NCBI GenBank assembly: GCA_002840565.1
Contig: PHBK01000015.1
Span: 12,108-76,107 of the forward strand
Source: Deltaproteobacteria bacterium HGW-Deltaproteobacteria-12
GTDB taxonomy: Bacteria; Desulfobacterota; Syntrophia; Syntrophales; Smithellaceae
DNA: 64,000 nt
Reading direction: 5' to 3'
The position numbers and the translations under genes were made by a program. The notes under the pieces were generated by a model. The model did not search any database and had not been told where the DNA came from. It was given only the letters and a program-made list of their open reading frames with translations. Below, one piece after another: positions 1 to 9,317 of the stretch. Positions within the stretch are counted from its first letter, which is position 1, and the number at the start of each line of letters is the position of its first letter.

Positions 1-469
1 GAGTGATCACGCCGGGGGGCAGGGATTTGCTGTTTGCTTCAAAGAGAATTATTTTCTCCGGCCGTCCCGTCTCCGACCGGACGGCAAGGAGCTTGTCGAG
101 CAGCGCCTCGTCTTCCACAAAGCATATCCTCAGGCCGCTGTGATTAACAACGTGGGTGAGCTCCCAGAGGCTGGCCGAAGGGTAAAGGCCGACGGTCACT
201 CCCCCCGCCGCTAAAACAGCGAGATCGGCATCGCTCCATTCTTTGCGGGTACGGCTGGCAATTCCGACGGTATCGCCTTTCCTGAAACCCAGAGCGAAAA
301 GGCCCATGACGCGGGCCGGCAGTGCTTCCCGCGATTGCCGCCAAGTGACGGGCTCCCAGCGGCCGGCTTTCTTAACCAGCGAGAGAGTTCTGTCGCCGAA
401 ACGGCCGGCCTGCTGCATAAATATACCGATTACCGTCGGGGGATTGTATAAAGGAGTGGTTTCGTTCAC
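1..469 (-). CDS. AMP-dependent synthetase/ligase (FadD-like acyl-CoA ligase), N-terminal part; the gene runs off the left edge
   Basis: Absent from the ORF track because there is no stop in the window. My minus-strand translation from GTG 469 (alternative ATG 418) reads VNETTPLYNPPTVIGIFMQQAGRFGDRTLSLVKKAGRWEPVTWRQSREALPARVMGLFALGFRKGDTVGIASRTRKEWSDADLAVLAAGGVTVGLYPSAS...VNHSGLRICFVEDEALLDKL. This is the typical N-terminal layout of adenylate-forming ligases. Confidence 0.6.
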   Translation of the reverse strand, partial: MNETTPLYNPPTVIGIFMQQAGRFGDRTLSLVKKAGRWEPVTWRQSREALPARVMGLFALGFRKGDTVGIASRTRKEWSDADLAVLAAGGVTVGLYPSASLWELTHVVNHSGLRICFVEDEALLDKLLAVRSETGRPEKIILFEANSKSLPPGVIT

Positions 470-523
470 TCGAAAATGTCCTTTCTAACTATTCAACTGC
501 AAAGAAAGGAGAAATAATCCGGT

Positions 524-907
524 TCAAGTTCTGCCGTAATCGTCTTCGAAGCGTTCTATATCATCTTCTCCGAAGAACTCTCCGGTTTGCACCTCAATGA
601 TTACCAGGTTTTCACTGAAATAATTTTCTACCCTGTGTCTGGTCAGGGCCGGAATATCAATAACGCTTCCGGCACGAAGCGGGAACTCTCTGCCGTCAAC
701 CATCGCCATGCCCTCACCGGCAACAACAAACCAGTGCTCGTTGCGCAATTTGTGACGCTGAAGGCTCAGCCGGTTTTGCGGTTCCACCACTATTCTCTTC
801 ACTTTATGATCGGAGGCAGCGGAAAGCACCTCGTAATAACCCCACGGACATCTATTGATTTTTTCCATTGCCCTCACACCCATAAAATTTTGCTCAGTTT
901 TTAGCAT
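524..907 (-). CDS. Cupin-domain protein (mannose-6-phosphate isomerase type II C-terminal-like)
   Basis: 127-aa ORF with RPWGYYEVL..., LSLQRHKLRNEHWFVVAGEG and IPALTRHRVEN, the two cupin motifs. The start is uncertain (internal ATGs at 883 and 868). Confidence 0.7.
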   Translation of the reverse strand: MLKTEQNFMGVRAMEKINRCPWGYYEVLSAASDHKVKRIVVEPQNRLSLQRHKLRNEHWFVVAGEGMAMVDGREFPLRAGSVIDIPALTRHRVENYFSENLVIIEVQTGEFFGEDDIERFEDDYGRT

Positions 908-935
908 ATTATTTATTTATTGGAAAGTTATGTTT

Positions 936-1045
936 AGGAGCCGTTACGAAATAACCACCCAAGCTGGTCTTGTGACCTCGCGTGACCTTCAGACTATCAG
1001 GTTATGGCAAGACCTGTTCTTTCCCTCTATTTCGTTACGGCTCCT
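936..1045. repeat. 110-bp element bounded by 18-bp inverted repeats (17/18 complementary), with a nested 7-bp inverted repeat
   Basis: AGGAGCCGTTACGAAATA (936-953) pairs with TATTTCGTTACGGCTCCT (1028-1045). An inner GGTCTTG (966-972) pairs with CAAGACC (1008-1014). It lies in the divergent intergenic region between the cupin and M48 genes. Confidence 0.7.
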
Positions 1046-1225
1046 TATGCCGTTTGCTTTAATTTATTGATCAGTTTACTTTTGAACAACGGCTTACCTT
1101 AAGGCACTGATTTCCTGTGGCTGTAATAAATGGTACTAACAGTTTATTTATGGTAAGGAAAAATCAGTAAAATGAAATCGATATGGTTTCACCGGTTGGC
1201 AAAAGTCTCTATCCCTGGATTATAA

Positions 1226-1915
1226 ATGATCGCGGTTCCTTACATTCTGAAAAGAAGCAGAAAAAGAAAAAGGACGATTTCCCTGCAAATAACCAGGCAA
1301 AATGATGTTGTTGTCTCAGCACCGTATTTTACACCGGCCGGCGAGATCAAGAGTTTTATCGAGCAAAAATACGATTGGATTCAGAAAAGCATTCAAAAGC
1401 AAAAAGATCAGCAGGTTCATGCCGCAGAGAAAAAATATATATCGGGCGAATACTTCTATTACTTGGGCACACCCTACCCCCTCGAAGTATTTTTTCAACA
1501 AGACCTGCCGGCAGGTCTTGTTTTCTGGAGCAATCGTTTTTATCTTAACAGCGCAAACGGCGACGCTGAGGGGGAAAAATATTTTATTGAATGGTATAAA
1601 AATAAGGCTCGGGATTTTTTTTCAAAGCAGGTTGAACATCTCAGCCTCCGGATGCAGTTGCTGCCCCGCAGTATTAGAATTACATCCGCTCAGACACGCT
1701 GGGGGTCGTGTTCGCCGGAAGACAATTTAGCTTTCAGTTTCCGGTTGATTATGGCGCCGCCGGCTGTTATTGATTACGTAATCATCCATGAGTTGATGCA
1801 TATTCAAGAAAAAAGCCATTCCGCCCGATTCTGGAAATTAATGGAAACAGCAATGCCGGAATACAAGCTACACCGGAGCTGGCTCAAAGAAAACGGACAT
1901 AAATTTATTCTGTAA
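1226..1915 (+). CDS. M48-family / DUF45 (YgjP-like) zinc metallopeptidase
   Basis: 229 aa. HExxH motif in VIIHELMHIQEKSHSARFW near the C-terminus; basic N-terminus typical of YgjP-like proteins. Confidence 0.7.
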   Translation: MIAVPYILKRSRKRKRTISLQITRQNDVVVSAPYFTPAGEIKSFIEQKYDWIQKSIQKQKDQQVHAAEKKYISGEYFYYLGTPYPLEVFFQQDLPAGLVFWSNRFYLNSANGDAEGEKYFIEWYKNKARDFFSKQVEHLSLRMQLLPRSIRITSAQTRWGSCSPEDNLAFSFRLIMAPPAVIDYVIIHELMHIQEKSHSARFWKLMETAMPEYKLHRSWLKENGHKFIL

Positions 1916-1950
1916 ATTACTTTAAGGAAGGATTATCGAACATTTATTTT

Positions 1951-2811
1951 ATGAAGAAAGCAGAAACAATTGATTTTCAGCACCGCGAACTTCTCCTGGA
2001 TAATTTTAAGCAGCTTAATCTGCCGATCTCCGATTACACGTTTGCCAATATATTTCTCTTCCGCAACATCAGCCATTATGAATTTTTAACTACCGATTGC
2101 GGATTATTTATTTCCGGTTGCAACCGGCACGGCCAGAATTACATAATGCCGCTGAACGACCTGAGAAAATGCGACGAGCAGGTATTTGTAAATCTTCTGG
2201 ATAAGCAAAACTTCTTTTTTCCGATACCGGGTGAATGGCTTTCCTTTTTCCCGGAAGAAAACTTTGTTATAACCTGCGACGACGGCGAATCGGATTACAT
2301 TTATCTGACGGAAAAGATGGCCTCTTTCAAGGGAAACAAGTATACCCGCCATAGAAATCATTTAAATCAGTTTTTTTCCGCCTATGATCCCCGGGCGGAA
2401 GCTATCTCGGAAAATAACGCAGCGCAGGCGATGACAATATTGCAGGCCTGGCAGGATGATTCCGGGTTGGCATTAAATAAAACTGATTTTGAGCAATGCC
2501 GGGAAGCTCTGGAAAAATTTTCCAGGCTTGCTTTATGGGGAACTATTTATTACATTGAGAATGACCCGGCAGGGTTTATTATCGGCGAAGCATTGAACAC
2601 GGAGACCTTTGTCCTCCATTTTGCCAAGGCTTCCAAGATATACCACGGCATTTATGAGTTTATGTTCAATGACACGGCTAAGCGGTTATTGCCTCAGTAT
2701 AAATATCTCAATCTGGAAGAGGACATGGGCAACAAAAATCTGCGCCGGACGAAAGGCTCATATGGACCGGAATTTATTTTGAAGAAATATCGCGTTTGTT
2801 TAAAGCAGTAA
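1951..2811 (+). CDS. DUF2156 domain protein (MprF C-terminal-like acyltransferase fold)
   Basis: 286 aa. The N-terminal ...ISDYTFANIFLFRN... and the overall length resemble the DUF2156 family. Family assignment is from memory only. Confidence 0.5.
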   Translation: MKKAETIDFQHRELLLDNFKQLNLPISDYTFANIFLFRNISHYEFLTTDCGLFISGCNRHGQNYIMPLNDLRKCDEQVFVNLLDKQNFFFPIPGEWLSFFPEENFVITCDDGESDYIYLTEKMASFKGNKYTRHRNHLNQFFSAYDPRAEAISENNAAQAMTILQAWQDDSGLALNKTDFEQCREALEKFSRLALWGTIYYIENDPAGFIIGEALNTETFVLHFAKASKIYHGIYEFMFNDTAKRLLPQYKYLNLEEDMGNKNLRRTKGSYGPEFILKKYRVCLKQ

Positions 2812-2822
2812 AGTGGAGAACT

Positions 2823-5060
2823 ATGACCAATTCCATCCCGATATCCCAATTGCAGGAAGGCGATCAGGGCATTATTCATTCTATCGAAGGCGGCTCTTCC
2901 CTGATCAGCCGTCTCGCCGGTATGGGCATCGTTGCTAATGCCAAATTCAAAATTGTCCAGGTCAGCGGCGGCCTCGTGATTGTTCAGGTGGCGGACACAA
3001 GAATTGCTTTAGGACACGGCGAAGCGGCAAAAATAATGGTCTATAAACTCTCCATCAAAGATGACGTTTGTGAACCCCCTGTTGAGAAAGAAATATTCGT
3101 TGCACTGGCCGGCCAGCCCAATGTCGGCAAATCCACTGTTTTCAACATCCTCACCGGATTATCCCAGCATGTCGGCAACTGGCCGGGTAAAACCGTCGAG
3201 AAGAAAGAAGGCTTTCACCGCTCAGCCAACACTATGTTGAGGATTGTCGATTTACCGGGAACTTACAGTCTGACGGCCTTCTCGGAAGAAGAAAGAGTCG
3301 CCCGGGAATTTATCATTCAAGAGAAACCTGATCTGGTAGTGCTGGTTTTGAATGCCGCAGCGCTGGAAAGGAGCCTTTATCTTCTTTCGGAAGTCCTGCT
3401 GCTGAACCGGCCGGTCATTGTCGCGCTCAATATGCTTGACGTCGCCTCCCAGCAGGGTATACAGATCGATACGCCGGCCCTGCAGAATGCCCTGGGTATT
3501 CCAGTAATTCCGATGATTGCGAAACGCAACAGCGGCATTAAAGAACTGGTAGATAAGATCAATGCTTTCGCTGCCGGCGATCTCATCCTGCATCCGCATT
3601 TACCGGAAGTATCCGACGATCATGCGCCGGTTTACCGGAAAATACTCGAACTGGTGCAGCCGAACAGCGTTGAACCCTACACAGCACAATGGCTTGCGAT
3701 TAAATTGATGGAGGGGGATCCCGACGTTTCCAAACAAATGCAAGCGCAACTTCCACCCGACTCCTGGAAAAAAATTATGGCACTCTTCGCTCAGCATGAA
3801 GATTCTTTGCATGCCGTCGTTAATGGGCGTTATGACTGGATTGAACAAATAACGAGAGCCGCTCTTTCCCGTTTCAAAATGGGGCAGGTAGTTTTGACCG
3901 ACCGGATCGACCACATTCTGACCCGGCCGGTATTCGGGATTCCGATTTTGCTGGTTGTCATGGCCGCTGTGTTCTTCCTCACTTATTCGATCGGAGTTCC
4001 CCTGCAAAACTGGCTGAATAGTTTAATTTCCCAGTTCTCCGGCTGGTGTGAGCCATTATTTATCGGCTTGCCCCCCTGGCTGAAGGGATTATTTTTCAAT
4101 GGGATCATCGGCGGTTCCGGTTCGGTAATTACATTCCTGCCGATCCTGATTATTTTCTTTGTCACAATGGCACTGCTGGAAGATATAGGCTATATGGCCC
4201 GCGCCGCCTATGTGATGGACAGGATCATGCATCTTGTCGGATTGCACGGCAAAAGTTTTATTCCGATGTGCCTGGGCTTTGGCTGCAATGTCCCTGCGGT
4301 GCTGGGTGCGCGGATTATCGAGACGCGCAAGGCCAGGATGATTACCCTGCTCTTGATTCCCTTTGTCCCCTGCACGGCAAGACTTGCCGTCCTGACCCTT
4401 GTTTCAGCAGCCATCTTTGGATCAAAAGCACCTTATGTATCCTGGAGCATTCTTGCTTTAAATATTTTAGCTATGGGCATCGCCGGCATTTTTGTTAATA
4501 AGGCTATCTGGAAGCAGGATGCTCCTTTTATCATGGAGCTGCCTATTTACCATCGGCCGGATTTAAGAACAATCATGATGGTTGTCTGGTCGAGAACGGT
4601 TTCTTTCGTGCGCAAGGCGGGAACAATCATCCTCGGTGTCGCCATCGCTATCTGGTTTTTATCTTATTATCCTTCGGGTGTTGTAGAAGAAAGCTGGCTC
4701 GCCTCTTTGGGAAAATTGCTGGAACCGATAGGAGAACCGCTGGGCTTGAACTGGAAAATGATTGCCGCTCTTTTAACCGGCCTGGTGGCGAAAGAAAATG
4801 TTATCGCTACGCTTGGTGTTCTTTATTCGGTTGGTGCGGAAGGACTGGTAAATGTGCTGCCTCAGGTTATGAGCCACGCCTCGGCGGCGGCCTTCCTCGT
4901 GGTTATGATGCTTTTCATCCCCTGCGCCGGAACCATTGCCGTATTGAGAAAAGAAATGAACAGCAATAAATGGTTTTATTCAACCATCCTTCTGACCCTG
5001 CTGGCTTCCTACCTGGGCGGGGTCCTGGCCTTCAATTTTGTTCAATGGATCGGGATTTAG
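2823..5060 (+). CDS. feoB: Ferrous iron transporter, FeoA-FeoB fusion
   Basis: The N-terminal ~75 aa is a FeoA-like SH3 domain (GDQGIIHSIEGGSSLISRLAGMGIVANAKFKIV). It is followed by the G domain ALAGQPNVGKSTVFNILTG and DLPGTYSL, then a polytopic membrane domain. ATG 2823 follows AAGTGGAGA; the track start at 2796 overlaps the upstream gene. Confidence 0.9.
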   Translation: MTNSIPISQLQEGDQGIIHSIEGGSSLISRLAGMGIVANAKFKIVQVSGGLVIVQVADTRIALGHGEAAKIMVYKLSIKDDVCEPPVEKEIFVALAGQPNVGKSTVFNILTGLSQHVGNWPGKTVEKKEGFHRSANTMLRIVDLPGTYSLTAFSEEERVAREFIIQEKPDLVVLVLNAAALERSLYLLSEVLLLNRPVIVALNMLDVASQQGIQIDTPALQNALGIPVIPMIAKRNSGIKELVDKINAFAAGDLILHPHLPEVSDDHAPVYRKILELVQPNSVEPYTAQWLAIKLMEGDPDVSKQMQAQLPPDSWKKIMALFAQHEDSLHAVVNGRYDWIEQITRAALSRFKMGQVVLTDRIDHILTRPVFGIPILLVVMAAVFFLTYSIGVPLQNWLNSLISQFSGWCEPLFIGLPPWLKGLFFNGIIGGSGSVITFLPILIIFFVTMALLEDIGYMARAAYVMDRIMHLVGLHGKSFIPMCLGFGCNVPAVLGARIIETRKARMITLLLIPFVPCTARLAVLTLVSAAIFGSKAPYVSWSILALNILAMGIAGIFVNKAIWKQDAPFIMELPIYHRPDLRTIMMVVWSRTVSFVRKAGTIILGVAIAIWFLSYYPSGVVEESWLASLGKLLEPIGEPLGLNWKMIAALLTGLVAKENVIATLGVLYSVGAEGLVNVLPQVMSHASAAAFLVVMMLFIPCAGTIAVLRKEMNSNKWFYSTILLTLLASYLGGVLAFNFVQWIGI

Positions 5061-5125
5061 AGAAAAAAATCGCTATCCCGAAGATAGGCAGTTGAACTTG
5101 CAATTATCATCAAGAGGAGGGTTAC

Positions 5126-5695
5126 ATGAATGTACTGGGCATTATGGGAAGTCCGCGAGTCGGAGGCAACAGCGATATCCTGCTGAACCAGGCTTTAGCC
5201 GGCGCCAAAGAAGCCGGTGCGGAAGTGGAAAAAATCGTTCTGGACAGGATGAAAATCTCCGGCTGCAAGGACTGCAAGAAGTGCAACGAAACCGGCCTTT
5301 GCGTGCTTAAAGACGATATGCCGGAAATACACCAGAAGATACTGGAGGCGACTGCCATCGTCCACAGCGTCCCCGTTTATTTCTTTTCGATGACGGCACA
5401 GATGAAAGCCTATCTGGACAGGTGGTGCGCCTTTTATGATGCCGAGTGGCGCTGGCAGAAAGCTTATTATCCTAAATTGCGGGGCAAACGCATCGGACTT
5501 ATCACTGTCTGCGGTGATCCGAATGTGCATATGGCCGACCCGATCGTGCATAGCTTCAAAACAACAGTGGAAATGTCCAAAATGCACTGGCTTGGCGCCA
5601 TAATGGCCTCCGCCACTGACAAGGGAGATATCGCGGCTAACAAAGAAGCGAATCAGCAGGCCTTTGATCTGGGGAAGAAGGCCGCGCTGCCGTGA
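5126..5695 (+). CDS. Iron-sulfur flavoprotein (Isf-like, NADPH-dependent FMN reductase fold)
   Basis: 189 aa. MNVLGIMGSPRVGGNS flavodoxin-like start plus the compact CX2CX2CX5C motif (CKDCKKCNETGLC). GGAGG lies upstream. Confidence 0.65.
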   Translation: MNVLGIMGSPRVGGNSDILLNQALAGAKEAGAEVEKIVLDRMKISGCKDCKKCNETGLCVLKDDMPEIHQKILEATAIVHSVPVYFFSMTAQMKAYLDRWCAFYDAEWRWQKAYYPKLRGKRIGLITVCGDPNVHMADPIVHSFKTTVEMSKMHWLGAIMASATDKGDIAANKEANQQAFDLGKKAALP

Positions 5696-5965
5696 TACAT
5701 TTCAGATCAATGCGCTATCTTTACTGGCAGCGGCGAGCATCCTCAACATATTCGGCAATTGGGTTGACGTCTCGCGCCCGGTAATGACAACGAAGAAATT
5801 TCATCCTCACCCTACCCATCACATCTCCAGTCTAGGGAGAGGAAATATTAACTTTTTCCGGGCTGTTCAAAAATGCTCAGATGCAAGGCCCGCAAGAATC
5901 CCGCTGTGAGGCTTATATTTCGCTTTCAATGTTTTTGTTCTTCACGTCGCATACAGGTGGTTGTT

Positions 5966-6000
5966 CCTTCAGCCTTCAGCCTTCAACCTTCAGTCTTCGG
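5966..6000. repeat. Five tandem heptamers (CCTTCAG-like)
   Basis: CCTTCAG CCTTCAG CCTTCAA CCTTCAG TCTTCGG, read directly, about 20 bp 3' of the polA stop. Confidence 0.8.
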
Positions 6001-6021
6001 CCTAAAAGTCAACAGACCTGC

Positions 6022-8811
6022 CTAATGTGCTTCGTCCCAGTTGCTGCCATAGGCAATCTCTACTTTCAGCGGCACTTTAAGCAAGATTACCTCTTCCATT
6101 TCTTTTCTGACCAATTGCAGTATTTCGTCTTTTTCCTGAATCGGCGCTTCCAGAACAAGTTCATCATGCACCTGCATAATCAGCCGGGCGGCAAGATTTC
6201 GCTTTTGCAGCAACCGGGCAATATTGACCATAGCTACCTTGATCAAGTCGGCGGCGGTTCCCTGAATAGGCGTATTAATAGCCATGCGTTCGGCAAACTG
6301 CCGCACGCTCGCCACCGGGCTCTTTAATTCCGGCAAATAACGGCGGCGGTTCAAAAGCGTGCAGACAAAGCCGTCGCGGCGGGCTGCTTCCAGGATGCCA
6401 TCCAGATAAGACCGCACTTTCTTATAGCGGGAGAAATATCCGTCAATATAGATCTGGGCTATTTTCTGCGAGACACCCAGCTCTTTGGCTAAGCCGAAAG
6501 CACTCATGCCATAGAGAATGCCGAAGTTGATCACTTTGGCCTGCCGGCGCATGTCGGCATTAACCATCTGCGGAAAAACACCGAAGATATCCGACGCGGT
6601 GCGGCTGTGGATATCCTCTCCCGAAGTAAAGGCTTCGATCAGGGTTTCGTCTTCCGAGAAATGGGCGAGCACGCGCAGCTCTATCTGCGAATAGTCGGCG
6701 GAAATCAGGACGCAAGCGGGGGCGGCAATAAAAGCCTGCCGGATTCTTTTGCCTTCCAGCGTCCGAATCGGAATATTCTGCAAATTGGGGTTGCTGCTGG
6801 AGAGCCGGCCTGTTGCCGTTACCGTTTGATTATAGGAGGTATGAATCCGGCCGGTTTGCGGATTGAGAAGCAAAGGCAGTGCATCAACATAAGTGGATTT
6901 AAGCTTGGCCAGACTGCGGTAAGCGAGGATTTCCGCCGGCAGTTCGTGGCTTTGCGCCAGAACAGAAAGGACATCAACATCCGTGGAGTAGCCTTCTTTT
7001 GTTTTCTTTCCCGGCGGCAGGCGAAGTTTTTCAAATAAAACACTCTGCAATTGCTTCGGAGAATTGATATTGAATTTTTCCCCGGCCAGAAGAAATATTT
7101 TTTCCTCCGAAATAGACAGCAATTGCTTGAGCTCTGTGGACATCTGCCCCAACAGATCAACATCAATGAGCACGCCTTTTTTCTCCATCTGCGAGAGCAC
7201 ATGCAAAAGCGGCATTTCCACTTTTTCAAAAAGATCGGCGGCAGCTATTTCGTACAATTTACCGGAAAGAACCGGGCCAAGCGCCAACAAGGCAGCGGCG
7301 CGCGCGCCGGCATAAGCTGCCATTTTATCTACAGGCACCATGTCCAGCGGATAAGCTTTCCCTTTCCCCCCGGCCATTTCATCTGCAGCCGGAATCCGCT
7401 CATGCAGATATTCCCAGACAATCTCCCCAAGGTCATAAGAATGTCGGGCTGGATTTAGTAGATAAGCAGCGAGCATCACATCATACCAAGTTGCATTCAT
7501 TCGCCTACCTTTGTTGGCTTCCTCATCTGCTCCTCGACGTATGATACTATACGCCTGCGTCGCCTCTTCCTCGCCGTCGCGGTATGCTTTTGACTGCGAC
7601 TTGGTATCTTCACCTAATTCTGCAGCCACTCCATAATTGGCCAGATATCCCAGGGCGGCTTTAAGATCGTGCACATATTTCTTGATTCCGGCGCTTTTAA
7701 AAACCGGAGCCAGGACGGCAAAGACTTCTTTTACCGGCAATTGCGCCCGCACGGCAGTGTGCCCTGTCGGTATGTAAAAGACTTCAACGCCGCTGCTGAA
7801 TGCAATGCCGATCAAATGCGCAGGAAAATCATTTCTGCGGATAAGCTCCATTGATATTGCCGGATATTTCTCCAATTGCGCCGCAAGATATTCCAGTCTT
7901 TCCCTATCCTGAACTATTGCACAATCCTTTACGGCGCTCGGTGCTCCCTGCTTTAATTCCTGAAGCAGTGATGAAAACTCAAATTCACTGAACAGCCGGG
8001 AAAGTATTTCCTTATCCGGTTCTTTACGCCCGGCGTCATTTAAATCAAAATCAACATCAACATCTTTTCGAATCAGAGCCAGTTGCCTGCTCATCCGGGC
8101 CTGATCCGCATGCCGCCGGAAGCTCTCCCGCAGCTTGACGTTTCTCAAATTATCCGCGTTCCGGATAACTTCTTCGACGGAACCGTACTCTTCGATCAGT
8201 CTTTGAGCCGTTTTGGGGCCGATGCCCGGAACACCCGGAATGTTATCCGATGCATCGCCCATCAGGCCGAGGATTTCCATAACTTTATCAGGGGTCACGC
8301 CGAAGCGTTCCTTCACTGCCGCCACGTCATAAGTTTTATCCTTCATGGTATCAATCATGGTGACATTTTCGTCGATGAGCTGCATCAGGTCCTTGTCACC
8401 GGAAACGAGAATAGTTTTCCAGCCAAGCCGGCTGGCCCTGCCGGCCAGTGTGCCGATAATATCATCGGCTTCGACACCCTGCTTTTCCAATATTTTAACG
8501 GATAGGCCCCGAACAATATCTTTGATAAAAGGAATCTGCGGAATCAGATCGTCGGGCATTGGTTTGCGGGTTGCCTTGTAATCAACATACTCCTCATGGC
8601 GTAAAGTTGCCCCTTTAAGATCAAACGTCACCACAATATAATCCGGCTGAATGTCCCGCAGGAGTTTCAGGAGCATATTGGTAAAGCCGTAAATGGCATT
8701 GGTGGGAAAACCCTTGGAATTTGTGAGCTGCGGAATGCCGTAAAAGGCGCGATAGACATAATTGCTGCCATCAACCAGAGCAACAATGGGTACTTTATTT
8801 TCCGTAGACAT
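6022..8811 (-). CDS. polA: DNA polymerase I
   Basis: 929 aa. 5' nuclease N-terminus (LVDGSNYVYRAFY, GDASDNIPGVPGIGPKTA). Polymerase motifs DYSQIELRVLA, RRQAKVINFGILYGMS and QVHDELVLE. Confidence 0.97.
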   Translation of the reverse strand: MSTENKVPIVALVDGSNYVYRAFYGIPQLTNSKGFPTNAIYGFTNMLLKLLRDIQPDYIVVTFDLKGATLRHEEYVDYKATRKPMPDDLIPQIPFIKDIVRGLSVKILEKQGVEADDIIGTLAGRASRLGWKTILVSGDKDLMQLIDENVTMIDTMKDKTYDVAAVKERFGVTPDKVMEILGLMGDASDNIPGVPGIGPKTAQRLIEEYGSVEEVIRNADNLRNVKLRESFRRHADQARMSRQLALIRKDVDVDFDLNDAGRKEPDKEILSRLFSEFEFSSLLQELKQGAPSAVKDCAIVQDRERLEYLAAQLEKYPAISMELIRRNDFPAHLIGIAFSSGVEVFYIPTGHTAVRAQLPVKEVFAVLAPVFKSAGIKKYVHDLKAALGYLANYGVAAELGEDTKSQSKAYRDGEEEATQAYSIIRRGADEEANKGRRMNATWYDVMLAAYLLNPARHSYDLGEIVWEYLHERIPAADEMAGGKGKAYPLDMVPVDKMAAYAGARAAALLALGPVLSGKLYEIAAADLFEKVEMPLLHVLSQMEKKGVLIDVDLLGQMSTELKQLLSISEEKIFLLAGEKFNINSPKQLQSVLFEKLRLPPGKKTKEGYSTDVDVLSVLAQSHELPAEILAYRSLAKLKSTYVDALPLLLNPQTGRIHTSYNQTVTATGRLSSSNPNLQNIPIRTLEGKRIRQAFIAAPACVLISADYSQIELRVLAHFSEDETLIEAFTSGEDIHSRTASDIFGVFPQMVNADMRRQAKVINFGILYGMSAFGLAKELGVSQKIAQIYIDGYFSRYKKVRSYLDGILEAARRDGFVCTLLNRRRYLPELKSPVASVRQFAERMAINTPIQGTAADLIKVAMVNIARLLQKRNLAARLIMQVHDELVLEAPIQEKDEILQLVRKEMEEVILLKVPLKVEIAYGSNWDEAH

Positions 8812-8860
8812 AATCCAAAGCTCCGATCGGCGCCAGGCGCTTTACTTAATTAATCAGGAA

Positions 8861-9307
8861 TTACATTTCAAAGGAAGCATCTATTTTGAAAGTCTGCACC
8901 GCCCGCATTTCCAGAACATCTGTCACACCAGTATCCTCTTTTAAACGTTTCAGAAACCGGGCAATTTCCTCACTATTGGCTGCATTAACTGTAAACCATA
9001 CATTATATTCATTGGTCCGGAGGTAATTATGCGTCACACCGGGGTGAGCATTGACAACACGGACAAAATTATCCAGTTTTTCTTCCGGCACCCGAGCCGA
9101 GCATAGAGCACTGACTCGACCCAGACTGGAACCATTGAAAATCGCTCCGATCCGGCGAAGAATTCTCCTGTCCTTCAATGCTTGCGCACGCCGGATAACT
9201 TCTTCCTCGCTGATGCCGCATTTTTCGGCAACAGCCAAAAAAGGGCGCTCCGTGAGCGGAAATTCTTTTTGCAGAATGTTGAGTAATTTTTTGTCGATGC
9301 CGTCCAT
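8861..9307 (-). CDS. Siroheme decarboxylase subunit (AhbA/AhbB, NirDLGH-like, Lrp/AsnC fold)
   Basis: MDGIDKKLLNILQKEFPLTERPF...AHPGVTHNYLR is typical of the AhbA/B-NirD family, and the gene sits in an ahb/hem operon. The track start at 9322 lies inside the GIY-YIG cassette repeat, so ATG 9307 is preferred. Confidence 0.7.
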   Translation of the reverse strand: MDGIDKKLLNILQKEFPLTERPFLAVAEKCGISEEEVIRRAQALKDRRILRRIGAIFNGSSLGRVSALCSARVPEEKLDNFVRVVNAHPGVTHNYLRTNEYNVWFTVNAANSEEIARFLKRLKEDTGVTDVLEMRAVQTFKIDASFEM

Positions 9308-9317
9308 ATGCCACTTC

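Noticed and set aside
144-488. Track ORFs 144-344 (-) and 243-488 (+)
   Set aside because: Both are off-frame or antisense to the well-supported acyl-CoA ligase reading frame (1-469, minus strand). Both are Arg/Pro/Gly-rich, as expected for wrong frames in GC-rich DNA.
5664-6327. Track ORFs 5664-5909 (+) and 5881-6327 (+)
   Set aside because: The first lies in a spacer with no RBS and gives a low-complexity, Arg/Pro-rich translation. The second is antisense to the polA 3' end. Neither has protein-like composition.
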